From assembly GCA_048884965.1 (NCBI GenBank), contig JBHLQH010000036.1, positions 1 to 32,591 of the forward strand: a stretch of DNA of 32,591 nt. Direction: 5' to 3'. This document shows, piece by piece, positions 31,398 to 32,591 of the stretch. How positions within the stretch are numbered: the stretch's first letter is position 1; the number at the start of each line of letters is the position of its first letter. The DNA is from Candidatus Thorarchaeota archaeon (GTDB lineage: Archaea > Asgardarchaeota > Thorarchaeia > Thorarchaeales > Thorarchaeaceae). The translations under genes were made by a program, and so were the position numbers. The notes below the pieces were generated by a model, which was not told the origin of the DNA, did no database searches, and saw nothing but the letters and a program-made list of their open reading frames with translations.

Positions 31398-32531
31398 GTG
31401 ATGTCAATGACTGAACCAAAGAACAATGAGTGTAAACAGCATGGTCCCAATGGTGAATCCCCTACACATGTTAGGACTAGCCTTGCAGCAGCGATGACAA
31501 TGGGAAAGTTGCAAGGTCGATTTTATCGAAATGCGAAGCTACATTGCATCAATTTGCTACTAACATATAACGAAGGCTGTCATGCCAAATGTGCATATTG
31601 TGGATTATCTGGGTCTAGAGAAAGTGATACCGAATGGACTGAGAATTCTTTCATACGTGTGGATTGGCCAGTATATTCTGTGGAAGAAGTGAAAGCTGCA
31701 ATTAGAAGTGGTGCCTGTTCCCATGTTGAACGTGTCTGCATTTCCATGATTACATTGGGTCGAGCAAGAGATGATTGCATCTCAGTTGTTTCTGATATCA
31801 AAGAGGTTATTCCGCGAATCTCAGTTCTACTAACCCCGACCATTGTCAACAAGGATTGGTTGATTAGATTAAAAGAGGCTGGTGCGGACAAGGTCGGAAT
31901 CGCCGTGGATGCCGCAACTGAGGAAATCTTTGAGAAGCTAAGAGGGAAAGGTGTATCAGGACCCCACAAATGGAGTAAATATTGGGAAACAATAGAGGAT
32001 TCTGTTGAAGTATTCGGTAGATTCAATGTAGGAGTACATCTTATTGTTGGAGTTGGTGAAACAGAACACGAGATGCTCCGAACGATTCAGAAAGCCCATG
32101 ATATAGGCGCAAGCACACATTTGTTCTCCTTCTTCCCTGAAGAGGGTTCTGTGATGGAGAACGTGTCACAACCCCCTCTAGGATCTTATCGCCGTGTACA
32201 GTTGGGCAGGTATATCATCAACTATAATCATGGTAGGTTTGATGATATGATCTTTAATACAAGTGGTCAACTGACTTCATTTGGAATAAGAGAAGATGAA
32301 TACGAAAGCATCCTTTCAAAGGGAGAAGCTTTCATGACTTCTGGTTGTTCCGGAGAAACGATGGAGAATGCATGCAACCGACCCTTTGGAAACTGTACTC
32401 CCCACCAAGCAGCAATAGGTCACTGGCGAAACTATCCAATCACGCCAAATGAAGAGGATGTCGAGCTAATTCGAGAGCAATTATTCGATTATTCATTCAC
32501 TTATAACGAGGACGAAACCGATTTTGAATGA
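31398..32531 (+). CDS. Radical SAM enzyme, biotin-synthase-like; LipS2-type archaeal lipoyl synthase subunit candidate
   Basis: CHAKCAYC (CxxxCxxC), FIRVDWP, RVCISMIT, HLIVGVGETE, YRRVQLGRY, and C-terminal FMTSGCSG...ACNRP resembling the LipS2 TxGC...C(N/D)RP motif. Start may be ATG 31401 or 31407. Confidence 0.8.
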   Translation: MMSMTEPKNNECKQHGPNGESPTHVRTSLAAAMTMGKLQGRFYRNAKLHCINLLLTYNEGCHAKCAYCGLSGSRESDTEWTENSFIRVDWPVYSVEEVKAAIRSGACSHVERVCISMITLGRARDDCISVVSDIKEVIPRISVLLTPTIVNKDWLIRLKEAGADKVGIAVDAATEEIFEKLRGKGVSGPHKWSKYWETIEDSVEVFGRFNVGVHLIVGVGETEHEMLRTIQKAHDIGASTHLFSFFPEEGSVMENVSQPPLGSYRRVQLGRYIINYNHGRFDDMIFNTSGQLTSFGIREDEYESILSKGEAFMTSGCSGETMENACNRPFGNCTPHQAAIGHWRNYPITPNEEDVELIREQLFDYSFTYNEDETDFE

Positions 32532-32591
32532 TACAATAGATACTCTACTAGATCTCTGTTTCAACACTCCAGAGAATGAGCTTGAACCTCT

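Noticed and set aside
1295-32026. The many short ORF-track entries antisense to or nested within long genes (e.g. 2781-3218, 5208-5711, 12860-13336, 20331-20684, 31580-32026)
   Set aside because: They overlap well-supported genes, have no recognisable motifs, and show the Ser/Ile/Pro-rich composition typical of antisense shadows.
31398-32531. Biotin synthase BioB
   Set aside because: Lacks the BioB-type C.EDC.YC.QS context and YNHNL motif; the C-terminal GC...CNRP points to the LipS2-like group.
32549-32591. Possible 3' end of a convergent minus-strand gene (…RFKLILWSVETEI*)
   Set aside because: Only about 13 codons are visible and other frames are also open, so it cannot be supported.
1-32591. 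CRISPR arrays, IS elements, integrases, rRNA or tRNA genes
   Set aside because: Intergenic gaps are all under about 260 nt with no periodic repeats, and no transposase, integrase or structural-RNA signatures were seen.

Overview
A gene-dense, moderate-GC archaeal chromosomal window. It is most consistent with an Asgard archaeon (Thorarchaeia-like), inferred from the tandem-HTH Lrp/AsnC regulators, very large FtsX permeases, 7TM-longin proteins, PCI-like winged helices and archaeal TATA-type promoters. I saw no rRNA, tRNA, CRISPR array or transposase. All family assignments come from motifs recognised by eye, not from searches. Four things stand out. (1) A tightly packed minus-strand operon (30152->22462) encodes an FG-GAP-like beta-propeller/Zn-ribbon/PCI-like protein, a TM-dCache-TM-HAMP-TPR-VWA receptor, an output-less TM-dCache-TM-HAMP co-receptor and a bacterial-type arginine decarboxylase (SpeA). 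Both Cache pockets have an acidic residue where amino-acid sensors have the carboxylate-binding Arg. This suggests a kinase-free agmatine/polyamine signalling system built from alpha2delta-, integrin- and proteasome-lid-like parts. (2) A tusA-dsrE-iscS*-iscU operon has an IscS with Asp in place of the PLP lysine and an IscU fused to a degenerate thioredoxin-reductase NADPH domain. (3) A tandem pair of 7TM proteins carries C-terminal longin-like domains. (4) A predicted three-way-junction RNA leader lies behind a palindromic TATA box. The rest comprises a DUF438/PAS protein, two FtsX permeases, an MTase with a PD-(D/E)XK-like nuclease, a GNAT, an M24 peptidase, LarE, an OppD-type ATPase, an HDAC-family deacetylase and a LipS2-like radical SAM enzyme.
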